Shown here in pieces: positions 24,062 to 34,500 of a stretch of 64,000 nt of DNA. Position 1 is the stretch's first letter, and each line of letters opens with the position of its first letter. Origin of the DNA: an uncultured delta proteobacterium (lineage in GTDB: Bacteria > Myxococcota_A > Polyangia > Fen-1088); the NCBI GenBank assembly GCA_963796685.1, contig CAWCMR010000025.1:704001-768000 (forward strand), in the 5' to 3' direction. The position numbers were made by a program, and so were the translations under genes. The notes below the pieces were generated by a model that was not told where the DNA came from, made no database searches, and saw only the letters and a list, made by a program, of their open reading frames with translations.

Positions 24062-24208
24062 GTCGCGCTTCGCTGCAATGTCCGAGCCAGTGCCAAGTAC
24101 CGCACGCCCGCGCGCAAGATCGCTGATCTATTGGGTGGGACCCTCGATGTGGCCGCAACCTTCACGACACGCTTCGGACATGAATGTCAGGGCGGGGTGC
24201 GGGCAGAA

Positions 24209-24255
24209 AATTTCGCTGTCGAAGCGGCGGTCACGAAGATGTCGCCTTGCGGGGC
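24209..24255 (-). pseudogene. ahcY-derived relic (APQGDIFVTA joined to FDSEI)
   Basis: Minus strand encodes two conserved AdoHcyase motifs joined by an internal deletion; matching part of ahcY lies beyond the window. Confidence 0.7.
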
Positions 24256-24302
24256 GCGCGCCGAGGCCCGAGGGCGCATCGCAGGACTGGGAGTATCGCT
24301 GG

Positions 24303-24350
24303 GTGATCGTACTCGACACGCACACCTGGCTGTGGTGGATACGCGGCGAG
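24303..24350 (+). pseudogene. N-terminal remnant of a PIN/VapC toxin
   Basis: Reads VIVLDTHTWLWWIRGE, similar to VVDTHALIWY at 58208; rest missing. Confidence 0.55.
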
Positions 24351-24410
24351 GCGCCAGACTCGATCACGGAGATTGATTGCATGTCGACCACATGCAGGTA
24401 TCCTAAGGTC

Positions 24411-24641
24411 ATGGCCAAGATGATTCAGGTCCGACACGTTCCCGACGACGTGCACCGACGCCTGACGGACCTTGCCAGACAGTCGCGCACGTCGCTGTCC
24501 GACTATTTGCTGGCCGAACTGGAGCGGACGAGCCTGCGGCCATCCCCGAAAGAGATTCTCGCGCGGCTGTCGAAATTGCGACCGGTTGCCACACGTGCCT
24601 CCATCGTGTCGGCGTTGCGCGAAGAGAGGGATCGGCACTGA
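24411..24641 (+). CDS. Ribbon-helix-helix (FitA-like) antitoxin
   Basis: MIQVRHVPDDVHRRL..LA...SLSDYL; overlaps PIN toxin. Confidence 0.85.
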   Translation: MAKMIQVRHVPDDVHRRLTDLARQSRTSLSDYLLAELERTSLRPSPKEILARLSKLRPVATRASIVSALREERDRH

Positions 24642-25030
24642 CCGTCCTTGACGCCTCGGTCGTGGTGGAGCTCTTGCTTGGCGGCAGGCGAGCGGCGGAG
24701 ATCCATGCCCGCCTGGCAAGCGAAGGACATGCCTGGCACGCGCCGCACTTGATCGAGGTGGAGGTGTGCCATGTCCTCCGGCGGCTGAATCTATCGCGGC
24801 AGATGACGGATGTGCGTGGACGGCAAGCGCTGCGAGACCTTTCGGCGCTCGGACTCTCCCTGCACGAGCACGGCCCACTCTTGCCGCGTGCATGGGGTTT
24901 GCGGGCCAATCTCTCTGCGTACGACGCAATGTATGTCGCCCTGGCAGAGGGCCTGCGCGCGCCTCTGCTCACACTCGACGCCAAGCTGGCGAAGACGACG
25001 GGGCACCTGGCGAGAATCGAAGTCTTGTAG
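24638..25030 (+). CDS. vapC: VapC-family PIN toxin (apparent CTG start)
   Basis: TVLDASVVVE, APHL..E and SAYDA.YVALAE..LLT.D motifs; CTGA overlap with antitoxin stop. Confidence 0.8.
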   Translation: MTVLDASVVVELLLGGRRAAEIHARLASEGHAWHAPHLIEVEVCHVLRRLNLSRQMTDVRGRQALRDLSALGLSLHEHGPLLPRAWGLRANLSAYDAMYVALAEGLRAPLLTLDAKLAKTTGHLARIEVL

Positions 25031-25088
25031 AGACCTTGGAGTATCATCCCGCCCCTGGTGGAGCTTCTCGAATGGAGCAGCGCTTGAG

Positions 25089-25532
25089 GTGACCCCGAAT
25101 GTTTCACAGGATAGTCTGGCGCGGGACCTGCTGGCGGCTGCCCACGCGGGTGACGTCGAGCGCATTCGACGACTGCTCGACGCCGGCGTGGATCCCACCT
25201 ATCTGCCAGCCGACGCCTTTGCGCCGGCCCTCCATCATGCCGTCGAGGCGGCCAGCGTGGAGGTTGTGCAAGAGCTGCTCCGGCGTGGGTGCCCGCCGGA
25301 GATCCGCGACCGCGCCAAGCAAACGGCACTGGGCACCGTCGTGCATGAGCTCGGCGAAGGCCGGGACGAGCCTACGGCCGCAAGGCTGAAGTGCATCGGC
25401 GAGCTCCTCATGGAGCGAGGAGCTTGTCCGACATGGCCATGCGATTCGGAGCACACCGCTCTCTCGTTGGCCAGGGCGTACGGCAGGCCGGACCTGGAGA
25501 GCTGGCTGGAGGCTCACGCCAAGACGCCTTGA
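25089..25532 (+). CDS. Ankyrin-repeat protein
   Basis: LLAAAHAGD...LLDAG, ALHHAV...LLRRG and TAL.LA repeats. Confidence 0.75.
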   Translation: MTPNVSQDSLARDLLAAAHAGDVERIRRLLDAGVDPTYLPADAFAPALHHAVEAASVEVVQELLRRGCPPEIRDRAKQTALGTVVHELGEGRDEPTAARLKCIGELLMERGACPTWPCDSEHTALSLARAYGRPDLESWLEAHAKTP

Positions 25533-25628
25533 GCCGTCGACAGCCGACCTGGTTACCGATTCGCTGACGTTGATGGCGGGGTCGTGGACGGGTCAGGCAC
25601 CTTGCCGACTCTTTCGAATTCGGCGCCC
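25533..25628 (-). pseudogene. ahcY-derived relic ([16 protein letters not shown] joined to PAINVSESVTRSAVD)
   Basis: 25581-25628 reverse complement matches ahcY 63661-63708 at 43/48 nt; adjoining part matches 63875-63919 at 35/45 nt. Confidence 0.9.
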
Positions 25629-26312
25629 TCATTCGTTACAGCGCATGTCGGAGCCGAGCAGAGAATCGTACCGCTCGAGCAAAGGGCCGACTTGTGGCTG
25701 CAGGGTCGTTTCGGAAAGGAGAAAGAGCAGACTGTGCCCGCGTACCTTCGAGCGGAACATAGTCAAGATGGGCAGGGCGAAGTTTGAGCGACCTGACTTG
25801 ACGACAGCCCTGTACGCAGCCGCCAATTGCTTGCACTTTGGAAACTCGACCACGAGGAGCCCGACGTGCAGAGGGCCAGCCGAGGTTTGCGCATGCAGAT
25901 GGGCCTCATCCACGCGATCCGCCAGGCGGAAAACCCGTGCGCCGAAGTCCTTGGCAAGCCATGCCAGCCTTTCCTTCCGCTCGGGGTTGTCCACGAGAAT
26001 CTGCCAGTCGTTCCAGGAACGCAGAGACAGCGATGCGAAGATCGCCTTGAGAGCGCTGCGAAAGTCAGCGGGTGCATTCTCGACCGAAGCAGGCACCGCA
26101 ATGGTCGCGACGGGAGCGTCGGCGCTTGGCCGGGCGACCGCTGCCAGTGGCATTGCGGCAGCTTGCGAAGAGGTAGCCTTGCTCGACGATACCGATCCTG
26201 CGCAAGAGGCGAGCACCGCCAGGACCAGGGCCGCACTGCAGCCGGCACGACCCCATGTCAGCGAAGCGTAACGGCTGGAAGTGTCGCCGGCAGGTAGGTA
26301 ATCGTCATGCAT
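25629..26312 (-). CDS. Hypothetical putative lipoprotein
   Basis: 227-aa ORF with hydrophobic stretch ending LASC; fills the gap between two ahcY relics; start uncertain. Confidence 0.5.
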   Translation of the reverse strand: MHDDYLPAGDTSSRYASLTWGRAGCSAALVLAVLASCAGSVSSSKATSSQAAAMPLAAVARPSADAPVATIAVPASVENAPADFRSALKAIFASLSLRSWNDWQILVDNPERKERLAWLAKDFGARVFRLADRVDEAHLHAQTSAGPLHVGLLVVEFPKCKQLAAAYRAVVKSGRSNFALPILTMFRSKVRGHSLLFLLSETTLQPQVGPLLERYDSLLGSDMRCNE

Positions 26313-26369
26313 GCAGAATCACCGATCTCCTTGAGCTGAAGCGCAAGGGTAGGCGGTTCGGTCCGCCCT

Positions 26370-26460
26370 TTCTATGGTAATCACCTCGGCCCCTTCCATC
26401 GCCGCCTGCAAGGGGCGCCACGACCGACCCGTCGATGTTGATGGCGGGGATGGGCAGCCG
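26370..26460 (-). pseudogene. ahcY-derived relic (RLPIPAINIDGSV joined to LQAAMEGAEVITIE)
   Basis: 26422-26460 matches ahcY 63863-63901 at 31/39 nt; 26370-26411 encodes the conserved AdoHcyase LQAAMEG motif. Confidence 0.85.
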
Positions 26461-26645
26461 GCGGGAGAAGTTGCTCAGCATTGGAGTAACCCTGGGTGGT
26501 ACCGCCGTAGCGCGTGGCCGCGTGGCGGTGCCAGACCGCGACGCCGTATTTTGGTACCGACAGGCCCGGCCCCTGACGACGGCTCGCCGTTCGGCCTTCA
26601 GAATCCTGGTGGCACCCGGTCGCATTTCTTCACTACAATACCCAG

Positions 26646-27680
26646 ATGCACCGCTTGGTCCTTCTGCTCGCTGCCCTCGCAGGTCTCATGGGCTGCCGCG
26701 AGCGGAGGACAACCTCGCCAGCGCTGACGGTGCGCTACCTCAAGGGTCAGCTTCACCTGCACTCGTCGCGTTCGGGGGACAGTCGCACCCCACCTGACCA
26801 GGTGGTGCGTTGGTATGGCGAGCATGGTTTCGATTTCATCGTGTTCACCGATCACAACCGGGTCGGCCTACCCATGGGTTCGTCGACGCCGCTGGTCTTC
26901 TCTGGGGTGGAGCTGACCCAAAACCTACGCACCTGCACGCCGCCGCCCGCTCCTGGGGACCAGTGCCTGCTGCACATCAATGCCCTCTTGGTTCGACCGG
27001 GGGTGGATGGTTTGGATCCGTGGCGGCCCGAGGTCATAAGCGACCGCCGCGCTGGCTATGGCCAGGCGATTGCCGCCGCCACGCGAGCCGGCGGCTTGGC
27101 GCAACTCAACCATCCCAATTTTCACTATGCGGCCGATGCGGCGTTGCTGACAACGCTGGTGCGCGAGGAAGGGTTGCGCTTCTTTGAAGTGGCCAATGGT
27201 TCGTTCGATGCTGGCAACGCGGGCGACGCCAGCCATCCGTCCACCGAGGAGCTTTGGGATCGCGTGCTCAGCGCCGGCGGCTGGCTCTACGGCACCGCGA
27301 CGGACGACGCCCATCACTACTATGACGCCGACGAGCTGGCGGCGCGCGGCCAGCCCGTCTTCACGGGCGGACGAGGTTTCGTGATGGTCCGCGCGCGACC
27401 AGACGTCGACGCCATCCGTGCCGCCCTGGTGCGCGGTGATTTCTACGCTTCCAGCGGCGTGCTCCTTGATCGGGCCGAGCTTGCCCATGGCACCCTCTTC
27501 ATCGACGTGGCCTCGACCGGCCCACACACCATCACCTTCATCGGCCAAGGCGGAAAGATCCTCGCACGCAGCGAAGGTCGCCACGCCCGCTTCGCCCTCG
27601 CCCCCACCGGCTACCTCCGCGCCGTCGTCGAAGACGGGCAGGGGAGCAAAGCATGGATCCAGCCTGTTCGTGTGCGCTAG
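26646..27680 (+). CDS. PHP-domain (CehA/McbA-like) metallohydrolase lipoprotein
   Basis: KGQLHLHS..SGD, FTDHN, GVE, NHP and TDDAH metal-binding motifs; lipobox LMGC. Confidence 0.85.
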   Translation: MHRLVLLLAALAGLMGCRERRTTSPALTVRYLKGQLHLHSSRSGDSRTPPDQVVRWYGEHGFDFIVFTDHNRVGLPMGSSTPLVFSGVELTQNLRTCTPPPAPGDQCLLHINALLVRPGVDGLDPWRPEVISDRRAGYGQAIAAATRAGGLAQLNHPNFHYAADAALLTTLVREEGLRFFEVANGSFDAGNAGDASHPSTEELWDRVLSAGGWLYGTATDDAHHYYDADELAARGQPVFTGGRGFVMVRARPDVDAIRAALVRGDFYASSGVLLDRAELAHGTLFIDVASTGPHTITFIGQGGKILARSEGRHARFALAPTGYLRAVVEDGQGSKAWIQPVRVR

Positions 27681-27690
27681 ATCTGGCATC

Positions 27691-28020
27691 ATGTCCAAAC
27701 ACACCGTCGAGAAATGCGGTGTGAAGGCGCGGGTTCAAGCGGGGGTCGCTGTTGGCGCGCTGGATGACCGCGCGGCGGGTGCCAGAGGTCTCCTCCGCGA
27801 ATGTGCGCTCGAGGAATCAAACGGTGATGCGTCGATGGTCGCCAAGGCCATCGGCGACATCGCTCGAGCAAGAGGGATGAGCCAGGTCGCGAAAGATTCA
27901 GGTTTGTCCCGGGAAAGCCTTTACAAGGCCCTGTCGGGCGAGAGAAGCCCCGGGATCGACACGATCCTCAAGGTCATCAACGCTCTGGGCATCAAGCTGC
28001 ATGCCGAGGCGCGGACGTAG
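27691..28020 (+). pseudogene. Orphan addiction-module antidote (HI1420-like HTH), N-terminus degenerate
   Basis: AIGDIARARGMSQVAKDSGLSRESLYKALSGERSP; no cognate killer gene upstream. Confidence 0.75.
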
Positions 28021-28024
28021 GAGC

Positions 28025-28190
28025 TGACCCGGTGATCAGCCCACGCGCGCCCAGGCCGCGGCCCGCCTGGGCGGAGCCCTTGCCCACGTCGCCCTAGCCC
28101 AGGGACCACCACGACCTTGCCCGCCATCATGACGTCGGTGACGCGCTCGCCGCCGTCGAGGAGCCAGCTGGTTGGGTCAGATTCGCTCGT
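28025..28190 (-). pseudogene. ahcY-derived relic (LLDG.ERVTDVMMAGKVVVV...GDVGKGSAQ.RGLGAR)
   Basis: 28107-28163 matches ahcY 63944-64000 at 48/57 nt and continues, with a frameshift and stop, into the NAD-binding GxGDVGKG motif. Confidence 0.92.
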
Positions 28191-28974
28191 CAACGTGACG
28201 GGTACACCTACGGAAGCGTTTCCGCCACCGCCAGTGGTGCCTCGCCGTGTTGCCTATCTCCATGAAGCTTTTGCACAAAAGCACCACACGGTTATCATGA
28301 CTTCATGGCGGTGGATCCACTGGTCGAGCTTCCTGAGAAGAGTGAAGGCGGTCCGGTTTCGACGCTGGAACGAAGGGTTGGGGCCACGTGGATATCTCTG
28401 GCGCAAGCGCGCCTTCGCGCACGCGAGACGCGCGAAATGCTGGGGCGAGCACTTGAATCGGCGTGCTCGTCCGAACTGAGCATCGTCGTCTACGGCTCGC
28501 TGGCGCGCGACGAGTTCACCGAAGGAAGTGACGTCGACTGGACGCTCTTGATCGACGGCCCTGCGAACCGCAGACATCTCGACACCGCTCACGACATCGA
28601 AGCCGAGCTAGAGGAACTTGGCATGAAAGAGCCAAGCCGTGACGGTGCGTTCGGCGCGATGACCTTCAGTCATGACTTGGTCCACCAGATCGGCGGCGAG
28701 GATGATCGCAACAGCAATACAACCCGCCGCATTCTGCTGCTACTCGAATCCGCGGCCCTTGATCCCTCCGAGGTGAGAAGGGACGTCATCACCAAGGTCC
28801 TCAGCCGATATGTCCTCGAGGAGCCAACCTTCGCTCACGGGACCAAGGCCCCACATGTTCCACGGTTTCTCCTCAACGATTTTGCCCGCTACTGGCGAAC
28901 GATGGCAGTGGACTTCGCCCACAAGGCTAGAACCGGGTTTGGCAAGAAAAGTGCGCTCAGAAACCTCAAGCTAA

Positions 28975-30302
28975 GGTCTCGCGCGTAAATAAAAGAGCGC
29001 ATATAGGGACAATTGCGTATATTGTGCACTCAAAGGGAAGAGTGTCGCAATATGGACGAAGTGGAACGGGTTCGAAAGCTCTTTTGTGATCTGACGCCCA
29101 TTTTGAATGAGCGCCAGATTCGACTGTGGGCCGCAGCGGAAGCAGAATCACTGGGTCGCGGCGGCGTCGCCATCGTCACTCGCGCGACCGGCCTGCGCCA
29201 CAAGAGAATCGTTGCAGGGAAAAGAGATTTGCAGGTGCAGCGGGAGACGCCGCCATTGGCGGCACCATGCGAACAGAGGGTGCGCCGCCCCGGTGCTGGG
29301 CGCAAACGCATTGAGGATCAGGACCCAGAACTGGTCAAAGCCCTTGAGCGTCTGATCGACCCCGCTACACGAGGAGATCCGGAATCGCCGCTTCGTTGGA
29401 CAAGCAAAGGCACGCGGCGCCTCGCTGAAGAACTGACAGCGCAGGGGCACCCGGTCAGCGCAACCAAGGTGCGAGAGCTACTGGTGGATCTGGACTACAG
29501 TCTGCAGGCAAACCACAAGACCAGAGAGGGCAAGCAGGATCCAGACCGAGATGCCCAGTTCGAGTACATCAACCGCCGGGCGAAGGAGTTCCAGTCGAAG
29601 GGGCTGCCTGTAATCTCTGTCGACACCAAAAAGAAGGAGAACCTGGGCGATTTCAAGAACGGAGGCCGCGAATGGGAGCCGAAGGGTTCGCCGGTTCCCG
29701 TCCGGGTTCATGACTTCATTGACAAGGAACTCGGCAAGGCGATTCCGTATGGCGTGTACGACCTCGCAAGGAACGAGGGTTGGGTGAGCGTGGGGATTGA
29801 CCACGACACCGCCGAGTTTGCAGTGGAAACCATCCGTCGTTGGTGGAAGAGGATGGGCAAGGCAGTGTATCCGGAAGCGGAGGAGCTGCTCATCACTGCG
29901 GACGGAGGTGGCAGCAACGGGGCACGAGTGCGTCTTTGGAAGACAGAACTTCAGGAATTCGCGGACGAGAGCGGATTGCGGATACAAGTAGCGCACTACC
30001 CGCCTGGGACGAGCAAGTGGAACAAGATCGAACACCGGATGTTCTGCCACATCACCGCGAACTGGAGGGGGAGGCCGCTTGAGACTCTCGAAACCGTCGT
30101 CAATCTGATTGGAGCCACAACGACAAAGCGGGGCCTCCACATCCGCGCCGCCGCCGACCGGAACTCGTACAAAAAGGGAATCAAGGTCGCACACGAGGAG
30201 ATGGAAGCCGTCAATCTTCGCCCCGCCCGTTTCAGAGGTGACTGGAACTACACAGTCACGCCGCAATCAGACTAATGCGATCAGTTATTTTCGCGCGAGA
30301 CC
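28975..30302 (+). mobile_element. ISAzo13-family insertion sequence, 1328 bp
   Basis: Terminal IRs GGTCTCGCGCG(T/A)AAATAA; 3-bp target duplication TAA (28972-28974 / 30303-30305). Confidence 0.92.
29052..30275 (+). CDS. ISAzo13-family transposase
   Basis: RGDPESPLRWT, ISVDTKKKE, KAIPYGVYD, ADGGGSNG and PPGTSKWNKIEHR motifs. Confidence 0.93.
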   Translation: MDEVERVRKLFCDLTPILNERQIRLWAAAEAESLGRGGVAIVTRATGLRHKRIVAGKRDLQVQRETPPLAAPCEQRVRRPGAGRKRIEDQDPELVKALERLIDPATRGDPESPLRWTSKGTRRLAEELTAQGHPVSATKVRELLVDLDYSLQANHKTREGKQDPDRDAQFEYINRRAKEFQSKGLPVISVDTKKKENLGDFKNGGREWEPKGSPVPVRVHDFIDKELGKAIPYGVYDLARNEGWVSVGIDHDTAEFAVETIRRWWKRMGKAVYPEAEELLITADGGGSNGARVRLWKTELQEFADESGLRIQVAHYPPGTSKWNKIEHRMFCHITANWRGRPLETLETVVNLIGATTTKRGLHIRAAADRNSYKKGIKVAHEEMEAVNLRPARFRGDWNYTVTPQSD

Positions 30303-30750
30303 TAAGGATGTCGCGGAAGCTGATCTTCGTTTCTGGACTCCTGTCGTGCTTCAGCTGCCAGCTCGGTTTGGCGCAAGCCGCTGGCCGCGCCGGCTGTCCA
30401 GGTAGAGACGAGGCCTGCGTCGCTTGCTTGAGAGCCTTCATGCATTTGAGGCCACTCGATACCTTCGCTTGCACCGCGCTTGGACTTGCCGACAAGGATC
30501 CAGAAAACGAGAAGAAGATCCTGCGGGCAGCTGCTGATGCTTTGACTGCATACGACGAGTTCCTACAGATTCTCTCTGACAAGACGAGTCGAGGCCATCT
30601 CGAGGCGCTTGCTCCCGAAGCCGTTGATTCCGATCCCCTTTTCGGGCAAGGCAGGCAGATTTCCCACCGCTTCCAAGCGGCCATCGACTCGTTTTTCTTC
30701 GATGGAGACCCGGAACTTGGTAAGCTCACACGCCACTACGGAGTCTTCTA

Positions 30751-31503
30751 ATGCGCCTTGTCGGTTTTTCCACCGGAGCCCTCGCCCTTGCCGATTTTCG
30801 GCGAGGCTTGGACATGCTCGCAGGAACCAGCGCGAAGGCCGTCGAGCTTTCGGCGCTAAGATCTGCAGAGCTCGATCCCCTGGTGGACTCGCTCGATGGT
30901 TTGGACCTCAGCCGCTTCGCGTATGTCTCGGTCCATGCGCCGGCCGGGATCGATTCAAGCGACGAACCGCACGTCGTCAAGAGATTGCAGGAAGTCGCCG
31001 CTCGCGGCTGGCCCATCGTCGTACACCCTGACTCCATTCACGAACCCTCGCTGTGGAAGGGTCTCGGCAAGCTGGTCTGCATCGAGAACATGGACAGGCG
31101 CAAGCCAATCGCGCGTACCTGCGACGAGTTGCGCGTCTGGTTTGATCGACTGCCGGACGCCCGCTTGTGCTTTGACCTTGCGCACGCGCGACAGATCGAT
31201 CCCACGATGACGGAGGCGTACCTCATCCTTCGCGAGCTCGGTGACCGTTTGACCGAAGTGCACCTCAGCGAAGTCAACAGCGCCAGTAAGCACGAGCCTA
31301 TCTCACACGCTGCCATGCTCGCCTATCGCCAGATCGCCTCGCTGATCCCGACCTCAGTTCCGGTGATTCTCGAATCGATCGTCACGGCCGAGTTCATCGA
31401 CGACGAGATCGATGCGGCCCACGAATCATTGGCCGTCGACGGTCCCCGCCCGCGCATCCGCGCCCGACGCTCGGGCGCGACTCCCAAACCGATACACGCG
31501 TAG
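30751..31503 (+). CDS. Xylose-isomerase/AP-endonuclease-2-like TIM-barrel protein
   Basis: VEL, SVHAP, VVHP, IENM, CFDLAHA, EVHLS and ILES motifs; TAATG overlap with the NTase. Confidence 0.8.
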   Translation: MRLVGFSTGALALADFRRGLDMLAGTSAKAVELSALRSAELDPLVDSLDGLDLSRFAYVSVHAPAGIDSSDEPHVVKRLQEVAARGWPIVVHPDSIHEPSLWKGLGKLVCIENMDRRKPIARTCDELRVWFDRLPDARLCFDLAHARQIDPTMTEAYLILRELGDRLTEVHLSEVNSASKHEPISHAAMLAYRQIASLIPTSVPVILESIVTAEFIDDEIDAAHESLAVDGPRPRIRARRSGATPKPIHA

Positions 31504-31571
31504 AGGAGCGTGAGGCTTGCCCGCTCGAAGTGGCATGAGCCACCGGTAGGCACCTACGAGTACTCTCGTCG

Positions 31572-34500
31572 CTAGTCTTCGGTGGTCCGGTCGCTTCGGA
31601 CAGAATGCCAGGCGCGAGTAACGGTCTTCGGCGAGAGAAGGGCACGCAGCTGGTCGATCTTATCTTCCGTGACCACAAGCATCGTGCCCTTCCCAAACAT
31701 CGCATCATCCGTGAAGGAAGAACGCACACCCCCGTCTCGCCACCTCACAGTTCTCGCAACGATCTCACCGCTTCCATCGTGGATCGCAAGGACGTTGTTC
31801 TCGTCGTGCTGCCAGCCCAGACTTCCGGCAACGCGCGGGCACAGGCTCAACGTGTAGGGCTCGCTGGCGCCGAAGTAGTCCGGCTGGAGCATCACGACGG
31901 CGCCCGGTGCGGGGCCATCATACAAGGGCACGAAATCGTCTGGGATCAGTACACTGGGAAGGCTGGCGAGCGCTTTTGACATGGAAGTCCAGCTGTCGGT
32001 GCCGGAACGAGACGGCCCATAGTACTGCTCGGCAATCCAGGATTCTCCCGTATACCTGCTCTTGCGGCGCGCAACGGACGCAACAACGACATGACCTGGC
32101 ATCACAGGTACCTTCGCGTCCACCTCGCTGTTGGCTAGCCACGCCGCACGGGCCTCGGCTCGGTAGCGCTCTGGAAGTTCGACCTGCGGCACGCCCTTGG
32201 GGCGAGGCTCAAATGGCACCGTGCAAATCCGAAGGGAGAACGCAGCCGCGTGGCAGAGCGCGTACGGGACACCCCCCAGGTCAATTGCATCAGCTGCCAC
32301 CAGTTCCCCGATGACCTCACGAGTGGCTCTCCACGCTGCGTCCGTCATCAGCCTGCGAAACCTGCACTCCAAAGACAAGCTCCGCAGCCGGTGCTGCTGC
32401 CGAAGGTTCGCGTCTCGCCCGAACAACGATGCACCACCCATATCCTGCATTCTCTGAGCAACGCGCATACGGATATTTGCGACACCTAGTCCACTTGCCT
32501 TCGCAACAATCCCTATCGCCTCCTCCAAGTGCGACGTCCAATCCTCGACGTCGTCACCAAGTCCGTCGAGGCGGGGAGCCTCGTTCTGCGGCCATCCATC
32601 AAACCGGTTCAATCGAGAACCCGACGGTATCTCCAAGTGATAAATTAGGGACAGCTCACCACGCTTCCTTTCAAGCTCCTTTGCCCACCTCGTAGCCAGC
32701 ATTTCCGCAATTCGGCGGACAGCGAAGTCATCACAATTCCCCATTTCACCAAGGATGGCGATTATCGATTCCCGAATCGCAGCAACTTCACGACACTCCC
32801 AGGCGATCTCCGCAGCCTGGATAGCACAGTGGCCACCAGCATGCCAAAGTCGTGGCAATAACGCCGCCACGACACCGACCCCATTCTGCATTCCCGACAG
32901 CTCGACTGCGGCGACACGTGCCTGGTAGGCGAGGTCGTGCACCGTTGTTTGAAACGCTCTATAGAGTACGTCCGCGAGAATCGACTCTCCTCTTCCGTCG
33001 CTTTCCGTCACATCATCAACCTCCACTGCATCTTTGTACTCTCGGAACTCCCTCAAGAGATCCGCCAGAGACTCCCACGCATCGGCCCAAGTCGGTTTCG
33101 GCAGCAGAAGCTCAAGAATCTCGTCGAGAGCAGGGGGAAGATAGTCCATGTATCCTCGCCGCGCAGCGAGATCGTCGACGAAGCTGTCGAATGCCTCGCG
33201 GCGAGCATGGTGGCCATTCACCAGCACATTCAGCTTGTGGTAACGAAGCTTCGTGCTACCGAGCCAGCCTCCCCACCCACCTTCGTCTTTCGCCAGTTCT
33301 CGCAACCGAGCGACACAGTCTTCAGCATCAGCTCTTCGTCCCGCCCCAAACGCCATCTTTCCGATGGTCTCGGTCGCCCCTGCGTCACCATTGATCCGAT
33401 TGTACGCATCGAATACTCCCTTGGCTTTGTCGTAGTCACTTCGAACAGCGATCCGCTCAAACGCGTCTGCGGCGCGATAATGGTCCTTGTGCTCTGCGAG
33501 CTTGTTGACTAGCTCATCCAATGTCCGCACAAGGAAGAATGGATCCTCGGGGCTGCTTCCGGATCTCGGGGTAGGTAACTCGCTCTGCCACCGGATCAAG
33601 GCATCGCGTCCCATCAACAGGCCGCGGTCCGCAGCCGCTTTGACGACCTCTTCGAGAAACAAAATCTTATTGTCCAAGTGCGCGTCGGTCTCAATGCAAA
33701 GGATCGCGTGTTGGATAACGGACTTAAGCTGATTGTCCGAAGCACGACCAATAAGCTCGCGATAAATGCTCCCGGTGCGCTCGTTTCCGAAGGGAAGGCC
33801 CACCCTCCCGAAGACTACCCCAGCCGCTGCCACCAAATCTTGTCGGTTCGCCACGGCGCCCATCAGTGGTCCTTGAACCAACATATGCCAGTGCACCAGG
33901 CCAATCACCTCCACCAGATCGACCGCCCGTATCTCCCAGGCCGGGCCAGCTTTGGCCGCTTGCTCCAAGAACACCCGCGTTAGTCGCAAACCGGCGCCAT
34001 CCCCGCTGGTCTCTGCCATTCCTACGAGAATTCGGCCCAAGAAGCGTAGGCGTTCCGGCCGATGAGTTGGATCTTCGTCACATGCTCGCTGAAACAGATC
34101 CCGCCAGACGACATATTGAGGATCCTTCTTTGGTGCCCTGGCATAGCCCACAGCGTCTGCCTGGACATCGGTGAGAATTGCCCGAGCCCGTTCCTCAAGC
34201 CCAAATCCAGCCAGGGCAGACGCAGCACTCGCGGCTTCCGCAAATTCCGCAGGGGGATCTTTCCCCGCGCCCCGTCGGTAAGCGACCCGGGCCTCGGCTT
34301 TGGCAGCGTTTTGTTCGTGTTTGAAGGCCGCTGCAGCATAGGCGCGTCGAACGCGCAGTCGCGTGAGCCGGCGCGCTCCTTGAGCCAAGAGATTGTCGGT
34401 CGCGCTGGTCACTCGCCCGAAGATGTCGTCGCCGAACAAAGCAGCCGATTTGGTGATTAAGGCGACAACCTCATCCATAGTGTCGTCGATACCCATTCGG

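Larger units (their letters stand above)
28305..30751 (+). pseudogene. Pol-beta-superfamily nucleotidyltransferase (about 370 aa restored) interrupted by ISAzo13
   Basis: GSLARDEFTEGSDVD motif; removing the IS and one TAA restores RNLKLRMSRKLIF in frame through to HYGVF-stop. Confidence 0.9.

Noticed and set aside
21574-24160. Further ahcY C-terminal relics (EGP-like words near 21590, 22915 and 24140)
   Set aside because: Matches too short, and the corresponding part of ahcY is outside the window
28305-31503. Calling the NTase locus CBASS or MNT-HEPN
   Set aside because: No recognisable cap effector or HEPN motif; size and motifs differ
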